A stretch of 64,000 nucleotides of DNA from Octopus sinensis (Eukaryota), in the NCBI RefSeq assembly GCF_006345805.1, contig NC_042997.1:28582001-28646000 (forward strand). Reading direction: 5' to 3'. The notes under the pieces were generated by a model. That model was given only the letters and a program-made list of their open reading frames with translations. It searched no databases and was not told the origin of the DNA. The position numbers were made by a program, and so were the translations under genes. Of the stretch, positions 42,280 to 55,582 are shown piece after piece (position 1 is the stretch's first letter; the number at the start of each line of letters is the position of its first letter).

Positions 42280-43200
42280 TATACCAAAAAGCAGTGGGTG
42301 AGCAATTCCGTAACTGTTCTGCATACACATTTTCTGATACATTTCTGCTATCAGTCCACAAGCAGCTTAGATGCATCGAAGAAGAATGTTTTCAGCTGGT
42401 CACTCAGCCATTTATGCATCGTTTCTGTTCTTCTTGGTTAGTAGCAAATGGACGATCTTTTAAATTATGTCTGAGCTTTCGGAAATATTGATGGTCTTTA
42501 GAGGGAACCTCTGAACGGTATGCAGATTATCCTAGCACCTCGAAACCCAAATTTGCAACGGTTCCAGCGTTGTGGGCCATCTGGTTTGGTGCGAATTGTT
42601 GGTTTAGTCTGTTGGCCAACATTTCTCTGTTGCCTCCTCTAGTGAATGTAAATCCCTTTACAAAACAGTATTCCAGTTAAGGCCTTTTTGTGACCTCAAA
42701 TCAATTAGCGTCACTTTCTCTTCTAAAGCTTGAGTCTTGAATTTCTATTCAATGGTGATTCCATGTATTTTCATTTTTTACTTCGCCGTTTGGATTCCGG
42801 TTGAAAGTGAAGGACCCAGATGTCATATCCTATGACTATTCTCGTCAAAAAAGCTTCGCTTTCATCCTTGTAGCGGTCATGTAAGCGTTCAAATATCTCT
42901 ACACGATTGCGCATATACACGTCGGTAAGCTATCATCGCACACAGACGTACGGAAGTGAAGAGTATCAGGATGACTGCATAATGCAGAATCCTTTACAGA
43001 GAACATGTTGCTCCACAGATGGCTACTTGCCGGTTCATCAGATCCATCTCTCGGTCTTGCTCAATCTTCGGGTCAGTGGTGGAATTTGTTTCACGTCCTG
43101 CTTAATCTTCGTCCTTCAGGCTTGTTCAGAACATTATAAACACCCTGACACACTCATTCACAGGTGTACGTGTTAGAGCACTGTCCCATATAGTATTGAA
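42280..43200 (-). mobile_element. Mariner transposon relic
   Basis: Minus strand reads RIVIGYDIWVLHFQPESKRRS (about 42780-42845), resembling RIVTGDETWVHHFEPESKRQS. The rest is degenerate. Confidence 0.6.
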
Positions 43201-43229
43201 AGCCTGTTATGAATTGCATCTACGGTTAT

Positions 43230-44020
43230 GATGGAACGTCACTATGGTTTTGCTGATTTCCTCAGGCTGGGGGATGGTGGGTTCACATAAACACTCCTAT
43301 ATGTGCCTTTGTCTCAGTCGTTGGCTTATTTGGTCCATGAGGGTGTTTGATTTTACTACCTTCGACTGTTCCACATGTTGGGCCGTTGGTTCATCAATTA
43401 TTGTGGAGAGGGTGATGTGTAGTTCTTTTTGAAGACGTCTACATCCTTATAACATCCAGTTCCGGCATTCTCATAAGATTCAATGCCGAAATTGGGTACT
43501 GGCTCTTCTAGAGTTTTCCATACGTAGATTATTATATATTTGTCGAGCCTTTACTTGAGGGAGTAAAGTCGCAGTTTTTTCGGGTTCTTCTTTAATTATT
43601 GTCCAGCCATTACTGAACCAGGCTATATCAGACCGAATCGCAATACCCGCATTAGTACTTTAAGGCAAGTTTTGAAACACCTCGATCCACTCTTTAAAGA
43701 CGTGTAATCGTGTTTCGGTGATCTGTTAGATATTTCATAAATAATTTAAAACAATTACCCTTTCAACACTATAGATTCGGATTGATTCTTAATTTCTTTC
43801 GGATTAATGTTGAATACACGACTTTCAATTTAAACAAAAATGCTGTTTTACAAGTTTGTTTTGTATGTGATCACAGTTTCCTATAGATCGCACACCAAGC
43901 CCCGGGTAACGTGTGAACGTAAGCCGGGATAGTTTATATTGTATATGTTTAAGTAACAATCTCCACGACATTAACGAGAATAAAGAGTTAGTTTCTTTGT
44001 AGCCAAGACATCTCATGTCT
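43230..44020 (-). mobile_element. Old CR1-group LINE 3' relic
   Basis: LYSLK*RLDKYIIIYVWKTLEEPVPNFGI (about 43480-43570) matches the CR1-group C-terminal LYSLQRRRERYxIIYxWK motif. Confidence 0.65.
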
Positions 44021-45529
44021 TCTTTTCTTTTGTAATCCGTGACTGGCGTGTTTGAATGTGCTTATTGTTTCGTTTCGGCGAGGGAGACCATAATGGGCAA
44101 CGAATTTATTGTGACATCTGGCTAACGTACAGAAGTAATGGAGACATCCTGTTCTGCAGGTTACATTATTGTTGGCGTGTTCACTGCGTCTTATGTTCCT
44201 GTTAATCGTTATACCTACGTTTTTGATGATATGCAGCTGTACGAGAAGCCCATGGTGGGACGGAAATGCATATGGTTAAATATATTCTATTTTCTTCGAG
44301 ACAAAAAAGATAATTTTTTCCTCACTTAAACATGCAATGTATTTGCTTTTATGTATGCTCTAAGCAGCAAATTATGTTCATCACTGCTGACCGCTACCTT
44401 GTTATTCGTTAAGCTGTAATGACCTACGCAAACAAAGAAATGCATCTCTGAAGGCAATCGCGCGGCAAGCTAGTTGACGATTACTGTGACATCGATTGAA
44501 GTTATGCTTTGTCGACAGAGCACCTGGAGGAAGAGAGGCCTGTTCTTGTTGATTCCTAGAAATAAACCCGAAATTTTTCTTACTATGATTAGAGGCATAT
44601 CACAGAATTTACCACTAAATGTAATTTCTAAGGGCAATTTCTACGGGTCGATTGTGTTTGTTTCCTTAGAATTCTAATTAATATAAGTCTTTCCGTAAAA
44701 AATGTGTTCTTCTGCTCAAAATCATACTTGAATCAAATACAGAGCATAGAATGAGTATCCTCACATCATTTGTATCTGTCATGCAATGAGATAATATTAT
44801 TGTATTTTCATTTTTTGATCACCCATTTCAAAGCATAAGAACTTTATAATACTCAAGGCTATAAAAGACTCAACGGATTTATCAGATGCCGTTCTGAATG
44901 ATTAAGTGAAGAAAATATTTAATAATCTTAGAATTATTGTCCGTGCTCCTATCTTATAATTCGACTAGCATTAAAATCCAATCTGTCACAGATTTTTGTG
45001 ATGCTCAAATGCGTTTTAATCTTATTCGACAGTTCCTAATTAACAGCTGTCTGTTTACATCAAACAAAGTCCGAGCGTTATATCATTGCGTTTGTAAGTG
45101 TATAAGAATGAATAATTCTAGAAATATCTTTATATTATCTTCCAGTCGTCTGCTAAGCAATCATAACTGTTTATTGTTCTTGATTGAAACATTTATTTCT
45201 AATATAATCTGAAAGGTAGCTTAAAGGATATCCAAATAAAAATGACAAGGTGTTTTCAAACTAATATATATCACGCATTCCCCGTCACCTATTGCTTGCT
45301 GGAAATAGTTTGCAATATTCCCCGATAGAGGTCTATTTAAGAATGAAAATATGTTCATTTGAAAATAGTAAACTGTTGCATAAATTTAAAAGTTTTAAAG
45401 GCTATAACTGTAGATGTCACCTCGATTAGATTTCTATATAATAACTAAATCATATGCATTATTTGACATTCCAAGATATTGCAGTTTGTTCTGGAGCGAA
45501 TCAGTTCATAGACAATCATTTCTAATGAA

Positions 45530-45726
45530 GGCACAACACCTGAATTCGGAAAGAGGGGACTATTTGGTGACGTCGACATCAGTGTTTCACTGGTACTTAA
45601 TTGAATGACCCCGAAAGGATGAAAGGTAAAGTCGACCTCACCGGAATTTGAACTCAGAACGTAGAGGTAGACGAAACACCGCTAAGCATTTTGTCCGTTG
45701 TATTAACGATTCTCCCAGATCGCCGC
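45530..45726 (-). mobile_element. tRNA-derived SINE (family B)
   Basis: Reverse complement GCGGCGATCTGGGAGAATCGTTA...GAGTTCAAATTCCGGTGAGGTCGAC. Confidence 0.8.
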
Positions 45727-45755
45727 ATAATATCTATCTATCTATCTATATATAC

Positions 45756-45786
<31 letters not shown>

Positions 45787-45842
45787 ATATATTTCTCTCT
45801 CTCTCTCTCTCTGTATATATATATATATAATATATATATATA

Positions 45843-46135
45843 TTATATTAAATTAGAGACAAAACCACTATTATGCAAATCAAACAAAGAAAGACTTAAT
45901 CCAATACATGAATTAATTTATATTATTTAGAAATTTAACAATCATTAATAATTGTTAGATTTCTAAATAATATAAATTAATTTATGTATTGGATTAAGTC
46001 TTTCTTTGTTTGATTTGCATAATAGTGGTTTTGTCTCTAATTTAATATGATATAATATTTTACTATAAATTGGATTCAATCCTAAATCTCATTTTTCCCT
46101 GTAAGTTTGGATTTATTCCCTAATATTTATTATTA
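45843..46135. repeat. Near-perfect ~100-bp-arm palindrome plus unpaired tail, embedded in (TA)n
   Basis: ATTAAATTAGAGACAAAACC...AACAAT mirrors ATTGTT...GGTTTTGTCTCTAATTTAAT, centre near 45945. About 85 nt of extra tail on the right. Confidence 0.9.
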
Positions 46136-47269
46136 ATATATATATATATATATATATATACATGCGCCTGTTTTGTGTGTGTGAGTGGGGAGTGTATAGT
46201 CAGGGCATCACAAAGAAGAATGGATAATTATAATCCTTCGAAACTTATTACAGTTTGATTTTCATTCTATTCATATTAGATTACAATCTCAGACATAATT
46301 TGCTTTGATACAGCATTTATGTGATTGCAGTATGTATTCATCTAGTTTAAATATCCCTTTGCAGCTTTGTTAAAGCTTTTGTCTATACGGGTGGGTGAAG
46401 CGAACTATACAATGCTACAAATTCTTTCTTGAAGTATGCTCAAGGTGAAGAAACAGTAAAATCTTAGGGTCCATGCTAGCAGAGATTGCTTTGAAATACG
46501 ATATGGCTATAATTTTGGTAACATTTAAGCATAGACTCCATTGTAGGATTTAAAGGAACAGATTATTTCATATACGTAGTAGTAGAAACAATCTTTATAA
46601 GGTAAGGATGCATGCACATCTCTGACCAATTCTAAGGAAGATAAGGTGATAACATAAATTAGATAAATAAATTAAAGAGGAAGCCAAACGAGAGAAAATA
46701 ATAAGGAAATAAACATTAAAGAGAAATGAAATTTATTGCGTGCGTGTTAAAAGCTAAGCAGAGTAAAATCTAAAAATATCTGACTAAATTAATACTCTTG
46801 CATTTTTCTTTAGGTGATATTGTATTAAAAATGCTTAATTGGGAAGTACTTGAATACTTTTCTGAAGAAAAATAAAATATGTGCAAATTTCAGGGCTAAT
46901 CCTTTTCGTTTATCTAAGAAAACTGTAATTAAAGGTAAAGCTATCGAATATTATTTCCATGTATATATTGTACTTCCAGTTTCCAAGTAGTGCTCTATAA
47001 ATTATTGCCCACTCGCTATCATATTTAATATTCTTATCCCATAATGATCAATCTCTGGCTTAATGTCCGGAGAACATGACCCTATGTAATAACTTAAAAT
47101 GCTAACAGTCGATACTCTACATCTATACAATTTGCATTTTTCTGAGACATTACCCTTCGAGTGGATATAATTTGCTCTTACAGTTCATATAATGATTATA
47201 AATATTAACCGTGTGCTTTCGGCTGATGGAAGCATAAAGTATTCCGTCTATATTATTACATATCACGCT

Positions 47270-47620
47270 AAAGCGGCGAGCTGGCAGAAACGTTATCACG
47301 CCGGGTGAAATGCTTAGCAGTACTTCGTCTGCCGCTACGTTTTGAGTTCCAATTCCGCGGACGTCGACTTTGCTTTTCATCCTTTCGGGGTCGATAAATT
47401 AAATACCAGTTACGCACTGGGGTCGATGTAATCGATTTAATCTTTTGTCTGTCCTTGTTTGTCCACTCTATGTTTATCTCTTTGTGGGTTGTAAAGAAAA
47501 ATGTATTTCGCGGGTCGCTCCGTTTTGAGTCCAAATTCCGTCGACTTCACATTTCATCATTTCACAGTCGATAAAAAAGGTACCAGTTAAACACTGGGAT
47601 CAATGTAATCGACCTATCCC
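47270..47620 (+). mobile_element. tRNA-derived SINE (family B) followed by a partial second copy
   Basis: GCGGCGAGCTGGCAGAAACGTTA...GAGTTCCAATTCCGC...GTCGATAAATTAAATACCAG. The core repeats from 47521. Confidence 0.85.
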
Positions 47621-47732
47621 AAGCTGCACTTGTGGGAAACATTTAAAATAAATATTGCATATCACAACAAAGATCTTATTACTTTCGCTCTAGGTTAAAT
47701 TAATTCAAATGTGTGTGGGGAGAGACTATATA

Positions 47733-47874
47733 CATTCTTTTACCTGCTTCAGTCATTTTGACTGTGGCCATACTGGAGCACCATTATTTAGTCCAAGAAG
47801 TCAATCCCTGAATTTATTCCTTGTAAGCATGGTATTTACTCTATCGGTAGAGAAGTTATGGGGATGTAAACACA
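47733..47874 (-). mobile_element. 3' part of a family A SINE, cut by the adjacent MITE
   Basis: TTCAGTCATTTTGACTGTGGCCATACTGGAGCACC is the reverse of the family A tail. Confidence 0.75.
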
Positions 47875-47877
47875 TAA

Positions 47878-48351
47878 GGGTGAATGCTACTGTAGCTTGT
47901 AACCACAGGAAGACACCTCCTCCAGCTGGCTATAGACACACTTCGTGTGCCCTATCAGTATTTGCAATGGGAAGCCATCCTTCCCATCTCCAGCCTCGCG
48001 TGTTTCATACGGACCCGAGTTTCTGGGTATTGACTCGTCATCAGCGTATAACAATCACCGGTTATCGATGTGAAGTGTTTCCCAATGCAAATATATATAT
48101 ACTTTTTCCAGTGACGAAAAGTCACTGATCTCGAAAAAGTGTAAACAAGCAATAATAAATCTGCAAGCGAGGTATAATCAGCAGCAGCACGTCATTGTGA
48201 AGTATATTTGCCGCTTAAATGTGGCTAACTCGAGTCCGTGTGTATCACGTCAGGTTGGAGATGGAAAGGACGTCTTCCTTTTGCAAATACAGATAGGGTA
48301 CAGCTGGAGGAGGTGTCTTCCTGGGGCTACAAGCTACAGTAGAATCCCCCC
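47878..48351. mobile_element. PIF/Harbinger-like (Tourist-type) MITE
   Basis: ~50-bp TIRs (GGGTGAATGCTACTGTAGC...CCAGCTG and CAGCTGG...GTAGAATCCCCCC) plus inner inverted arms. Flanks TAA and TTA fit a TWA target. Confidence 0.8.
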
Positions 48352-48433
48352 TTAATGGTTAGCCACATTTAAGTGGGAAATATACTTCACGATGTCGTTC
48401 AGCTACACTTTATACCTTGCTCACAAATTTATG

Positions 48434-49028
<595 letters not shown>

Positions 49029-49239
49029 ATGTATTATTTATATTATTGTTTGATTGAATGCCACGCATCCATTTCCAAGTAATTTTATATATATATATAT
49101 ATATTCATAAGTATAATGTATGATCACTAACGCATACGTATTAGCTTAAATATGTTTGTGCGTGTTAATGTTCACCACTATATTATTCTATTATTCATAC
49201 AGTATATGTTGTTAACAATACATGCATACATGCAAATGT

Positions 49240-49618
49240 GGAGGTGCAATGGCTCAGTGATTAACGTACCGGATTCACAGTCTTAGGATCGCGATTTCGA
49301 TCCGCAGTCCGGACGTTGTAAGTGTTTATTGAGCGAAGACACCTGATGCTCCACGAGGCTTCGGCAGGGGGTGTGGTGGTGAACGCTGCTGTAATCTTTC
49401 ACCACAACTTTCTCTCACTCTTTCTTCCAGCTTCTCTTGTGCCAGTATTTAAAAGACCCAGCCTTGTCACACACCGTGTCGCGCTGAATCTATCTGAGAA
49501 CAACGTTAAGGGTACGCGTGTATGGGGAGTGGCTACTTGCCCGTTAATTTCACGAGCAGGCTGTTATGCTGATGGGGTGAACTGGAACCCTCGTCGTCGT
49601 AATCGACGGATTGCCACG
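49240..49618 (+). mobile_element. tRNA-derived SINE (family C)
   Basis: GGAGGTGCAATGGCTCAGTG head, TTCGATCC B box. 3' half homologous to 18760-18897. Confidence 0.75.
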
Positions 49619-50452
49619 ATACATGTAAGCCAAGTTATTACGTAAGAAATTTTTTTTTTTTACATTTGCACCTTAACCCAAAATATCTATATGTATACTT
49701 CATAGAGTTCACTACACTTATGAAGAGGACGTTTAGATAGAACGGCTGTACTATAAACACACAAGTGCAAAATGAATTTTGCTGAATTGCCAGTATAGTA
49801 TATAATATATTATTCTATTATTCATAATCCAATCTCGTTTAATCAAATATAATCGTTATTATGACTGAATTCTTGATATACGCGAAAGAACAGTGCTTTT
49901 TCTTTTTTTTTATAGGAGTGAACGTTTTATTTTCATTGCAGCTGAATTACGAAATATTATTTATCTACTCCATCGTCTGATGTTCCCCTACTCTATGTGA
50001 TTACTAAATGTATAAACAAATGTTGTCTTTTGCCTCTTACGTAATGCGAAATTCGACCTTTACAATATGATATTTAACTTGAGAGATTAACAGTAGCACT
50101 ACAAAAAATACTTGAAGCCATGCACTCATTGCATAGTGTGTGTAAGTAATTTTAATTAAGAACGAAATAAATTTGCATCGTATACTTCCTCTTCTTGTAC
50201 AACGACATTCCGTTAATATTAAATTTATCCTTATAAGAGTTATAGATATAATTAATTGCAATTAATTGGAAAATATCGTAAACAAATTAGTGATATGTTT
50301 TAAATATATCTAGTTGTTAAGTGCACAAAAATAAAAATAAAATCAACCAACAGAATACACGAAACTTAGTTTAAATAGTTTAAAATCATGTAGACTTTAT
50401 CTCCATGAATTTTCGCATCAATATTCGTCTAATAATTTATGATTATGTTCCT

Positions 50453-50700
50453 TTTACCTTTCAAATGTTTCGGTCATTTGATGGGGACCATTCTGGAGCA
50501 CCGCCTTGAAAGGTTTTAGTCGAACAAATGGACACCAGGACTTAGTGTTTGCATGCTTTGTAATAATTCTGTCGCTCTCTCTCTTCTCGAACCATTTCTT
50601 TACGTGGACGTAAACACACCAGCAGCGATTGTCAAGCGATGGTGGGTACAAACACACGCAAAAAGTGACACATATACGTATATGTGAGTGTGTATGTGTT
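50453..50700 (-). mobile_element. 3' half of a family A SINE
   Basis: Contains the reverse of the GGCGGTGCTCCAG tail and GTGTGTTTACGTCC core. Confidence 0.7.
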
Positions 50701-50729
50701 TATATATATATATATATTCATATATATAT

Positions 50730-51025
50730 ATGTATAAATGAACAATTGTAGCCTGGATGCTGTTTGTAAGCCATTTCCGAATACACAACAACCGTTAATT
50801 TGACTTCAACATTTAAATTTAACTTGTGCCAATACATCAATTTTTCGTGGCTTTGAAATAGCCAGCAGTTTCCTGACAAAACTTCGTGCGGCACAAAGTT
50901 TTGTCAGTTTTTTCAGAACGACGAAAATATTTTGACACAAATTAAATATAAATGTTGAAGTGAAACTAAAGATTTTTGTGAGTTCTTAAGTAGCCTACAA
51001 ACATTTTCCACGCTGTAATTGTTTT
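50730..51025. mobile_element. Foldback MITE (half copy at about 56880-57025)
   Basis: Centre CTGACAAAACTT...AAGTTTTGTCAG. Arms ACTTCAACATTTA/TAAATGTTGAAGT. Ends AACAATTGTAGC and GCTGTAATTGTT. Confidence 0.7.
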
Positions 51026-51078
51026 TGCTTCAACACATGTTCTTAGATTAAGTTACTTGCTATGCAAGTACATCTCCG

Positions 51079-51120
<42 letters not shown>

Positions 51121-51122
<2 letters not shown>

Positions 51123-51201
51123 TTGGCTGAGGAGCTACAAGTGAGTTTTTTGTGAGTAAAATTACATTTAATTCATTAATAGCGAAACAATTGTCCCAAA
51201 A
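51121..51201 (+). ncRNA. Minimal type I hammerhead ribozyme, complete consensus
   Basis: Stem I TTTTGG/CCAAAA, core CTGAGGA (51127-51133), stem II GCTA/TAGC, GAAA (51184-51187), palindromic stem III ACAATTGT, GTC cleavage triplet ending at 51195. Confidence 0.85.
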
Positions 51202-51516
51202 TAATCTGTATTTTTGTTATTTTTTATTTGCCCTGTTCGTGTGAGCTAACAATCGTACTGACTTTCATGGGAAACATGTATTTTTGTGGTTGAAACCTTT
51301 TGGATTTACTAGTGCTAGAGTGAGCCACATAGTGACCACTCTCTTATATTTATTTTTGTATAAAATATTATAATATGTTATAAAATATTATAATAATCCA
51401 GGTTTCTCGGGGCACTGGGCCACTTGGTGTTGAATAGGTATACTATTAAATTAGTATCTAATTCTCTCACCCTTATTAATTAATTATATATACATATATG
51501 TATGTATGTATGTTTA

Positions 51517-51900
51517 TGTCAGGTCACTTTCGAGTGCAACTGGTAATATGTAACCCAGTACAACCTGTTGCATGGTCGGGTAGTCGGTGATAAAACCGGC
51601 AACCCCACCAAGCTTGCTTTGTGAGGAGGGTGTTTATTGGATACCCTGCGGGTTGAAAAACAAAACCCGTCAATGGGCGGAGGAACTCTTGAGAGTCAAT
51701 GGCCATCCAATAAATGTCTTAAGGATGTATCATGCGCGAGGACATATAAATAATCGGACTGAATACCCGATCACAGAATTAAACCATTGGTGTGAAGGAC
51801 TCCTAGCCTTTGTTAGGACATCCTTCTAGGAGAAGGTAACTCAGGTAACTGGGATAACTCCGACATAAAACCTGCAGCTCAGTGGTTACCGATGATGTTG
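51517..51900 (+). mobile_element. GC-richer structured non-coding element resembling an RTE-LINE 5' UTR or non-autonomous RTE derivative
   Basis: CTAGGAGAAGGTAACTC motif (recalled as typical of RTE 5' regions, not verified), several hairpins, GATGATG end, no credible ORF. Confidence 0.45.
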
Positions 51901-52068
51901 AATTGTTCTTCTTTTCGGATTATGGCTGCTGTTGCTTAGTAAGTGTGATTGACTCAGTGCACAGCATTTCCTCACTTTAAAAAAATATTTTTGGACAGTC
52001 ATTGCACGATAACAACATTGATTAAGCTTCGCGCAATGGCCATTCTCGATAACAAGTGGGCAGCAAAC

Positions 52069-52101
<33 letters not shown>

Positions 52102-52159
52102 TGTATGTATGTATGTATGTATGTATGTATGTATGTATGTGCGTGTGTGCATTCATACA

Positions 52160-52320
52160 TATAGAACGGGCTTCTTTCAGTTTCTCTTTACCTTAGCCAG
52201 TCACAAGGATTTGGTCAACCAGAGGTAATAGTAGAAGACACTTGCTCAACGCCGCTCGCAGTAGGACTGAACATGGCACCATGTTGTTGGGAAGCAAGAT
52301 TCTAACCGCACGGCCACGTC
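52160..52320 (-). mobile_element. 5' half of a family A SINE
   Basis: ACGGGCTTCTTTCAGTTTC...AGAAGACACTTGC...GGACTGAAC is the reverse of the family A head. Confidence 0.7.
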
Positions 52321-52321
52321 T

Positions 52322-52373
<52 letters not shown>

Positions 52374-52523
52374 ACATATATATATATATATGTAATGTCG
52401 ATGTATATAATTGTGAACGCACAAAACTGAGATTGCTCATATGGTTTCTAATGTGAATGAAAAAATGTACACATTCAAAAGTGGATGAAATGCAAATATC
52501 TCAAATTCCAAAATATTAGCTTG

Positions 52524-52915
52524 ATGCAGGAGTGGTTGTGTGCTAAGTAGCTTGCTTACGAACCACACGGATCCCGCGTTGAGTACCACTGTACGAGACC
52601 TTAGGCAAAAGTCTTCTACTATAGCCCCGGGCCCACCAAGACCTTCTGAGTGGATTTGCTAGACGGAAACTGAAAGAAGACCATCGTATATACATATATA
52701 AATGTATATATTTCTGTGTTTGTCTTCGTCCCCCACCATCACTCTGACAACCAATGTTGGTGTGTTTACGTTCCCGTAAGAAATCGGTTGCATAAAACAG
52801 ACCAATAGAATAAGTACTAGGCTTACGAAAAATAAGTCATGTGACCAATTTATTCGACTAAAGGCGGTGTTTCGGCATGGCTGCAATCAAATGACTGAGA
52901 TAAAGCACTAAAAGA
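52524..52915 (+). mobile_element. Full-length family A SINE, diverged
   Basis: GCAGGAGTGGTTGTGTG...GGAAACTGAAAGAAG...GGCGGTG...TGACTGA. Confidence 0.85.
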
Positions 52916-53126
52916 CTAATTCCATTCTGCATTTCTGCGTGCATTTCTTTCATTAAAAACAAGTGCGTACGTGTGTATAGATGGGTGAATAGATAGATAG
53001 ATATTGTTACGCACATATGAATGTAATTTTTGTCTGTGAATATGGTGTATATGTATATGTTGATTCGTTAGCTACTGCACGCATTTTTTTTCTCTCCTTC
53101 TTTCTGTGTTTTTCTCTCTCTGTGTA

Positions 53127-53164
53127 TCTTTCTGTTGAAGAGCGTAGGCTCGAAACGTTAAAGA
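53127..53164 (+). ncRNA. Variant minimal hammerhead ribozyme motif inside a short element (about 53041-53262) ending in (TA)n
   Basis: Stem I TCTTT/AAAGA, core CTGTTGA (A6 replaced by U) plus an extra A, stem II GAGC/GCTC, GAAA, palindromic ACGT, GTT triplet. Confidence 0.5.
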
Positions 53165-53261
53165 CTTGTTTTATTTATATTTCCTGAGCGCCATACTAAT
53201 ACAATTGTTCGTTTGTTTTCCACCTGCCTTCGTCTTTTGTTTATTTTCATAAAGCTTCCCG

Positions 53262-53309
<48 letters not shown>

Positions 53310-53406
53310 TTATTTTAAGCAGCAGAAAATTACTTCAATTATTTGTCAGCATTTTCTTCATTTCCTTTTTTATATATCACCACTCGTGTTCGACATCTCC
53401 TTTTTT

Positions 53407-53451
<45 letters not shown>

Positions 53452-54484
53452 TCATGTATATAAGTATATACATTTATTATTTCTATGGCTGATGTAATTC
53501 GTACGACTGTTGCCTTTTAAGTACACTGTTCCGTGTCATTTTTTCACATCAGTATGAGAAATTACAGTTATTTAATTCTTAATTCCATTATAAACCCTAC
53601 GAAACCGGAATATGCTAAATTCGATTTCATGTTGTAAATGTTTCCGGGAAATCTATGTTTTATATTTCTATGCCTGAAATGCCTCACCTCGAAGGGATGA
53701 AAAACATTTCAACCTCCCTAATGAAATTGCTTACCATGACATCAAACGAGTAAGCTTTCTTTCATTACAAAATGCATTTCGATACCTAACGTTGCAAACG
53801 AAAAAAGCATGATAAATGTGCATTTTGGGATGTTCCACGTTTATTAACCTTCAGAGATATTTTGTGATTGCAACCAAAGAAAATGGAGCATGCTTCCTAT
53901 CAAAACTGCGTGTCTGATAATATATTTCTAGCTTGCGAATAAAAGTGTAAGGGGGCTGTGGCCATTTTCTTAGTAATTGTTTTTTTATTGGTTGATTTTC
54001 AATCATCATCATCCAATGAACGATAGCCTGGCATGGAGCTGTCTTCGTGAATGCTTGTTCTGTTTGAAGTGTCGAAGTGGAAGGGGAAGCTAATGGGTGT
54101 ACGTCTGTGTGCGTGTGCGAGGTCGTTCCTATGTGTGTGCGCGCGTGGTTGTCTTGTGTATTTGAGTGTGCGTGTTCGAGCGTGTTCTGTAATTATGCAT
54201 TCATGTGTGTCGATTGAGCTACTGGGTGTATGTGTGAGCGTGTCTATGTGTGTGTGTATGTATGTGTGCGCGAGCATGTTCTCTTGTTATGTATTTATGT
54301 GGGTGAAATGTAGATATAGCAAAAGCAATGTCGCATTTTAAACATGAGAAAATTCTAGCATATTTGTTCTTATCTGCTTCGTTTCTGTATATAAAATCCG
54401 TAAATTTACAAGAAGAAAACTTGATCAACGTCAAAAAAGTATTACTTATAATAGCCCATGTGTTTTTTTTTAACCACCAAAGAC

Positions 54485-54574
54485 CCGAAATATTGCAACA
54501 TGCATCAAAGTGCTAAAATCAATAAACCGAAATATTGCAACATGCAGTAAAGAGCCGAAATATTGCAACACGCA
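54485..54574 (+). repeat. Three copies of CCGAAATATTGCAACAYGCA
   Basis: Starts near 54485, 54527 and 54555. Confidence 0.8.
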
Positions 54575-54921
54575 TGGAGAAAAGAAAGAAATGTAAATTA
54601 ATACTTACTATTGATTAAAGAAAATACGAAAGAAAGAAATATATATGACATTGATTTCTTTCAATCTTAAAGCTAAATTAAACAAGATCTGTGAAACTAT
54701 ACAAGAACATGCTCTCACACACAAGCACACACCATACACAAGAACAAGCATGCACACACACACACACAAACACACAAGCGTTGCCTTAAAAAGTACGAAA
54801 CTGGAATTGGGAAATGCTGAAGCTCAAGAAGGTTACATAATGTTATAATAAACCTTACGAGTATAGGAGTAACAAAAGTTATCATTATTATTACTACATC
54901 AGGGCATTTATTATTATTATT

Positions 54922-55568
<647 letters not shown>

Positions 55569-55582
55569 CATTATTATTATTG

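Noticed and set aside
54485-54574. CRISPR-like repeat-spacer pattern
   Set aside because: Only three repeats, spacers of about 8 and 22 nt that are partly similar, eukaryotic context and no cas genes.
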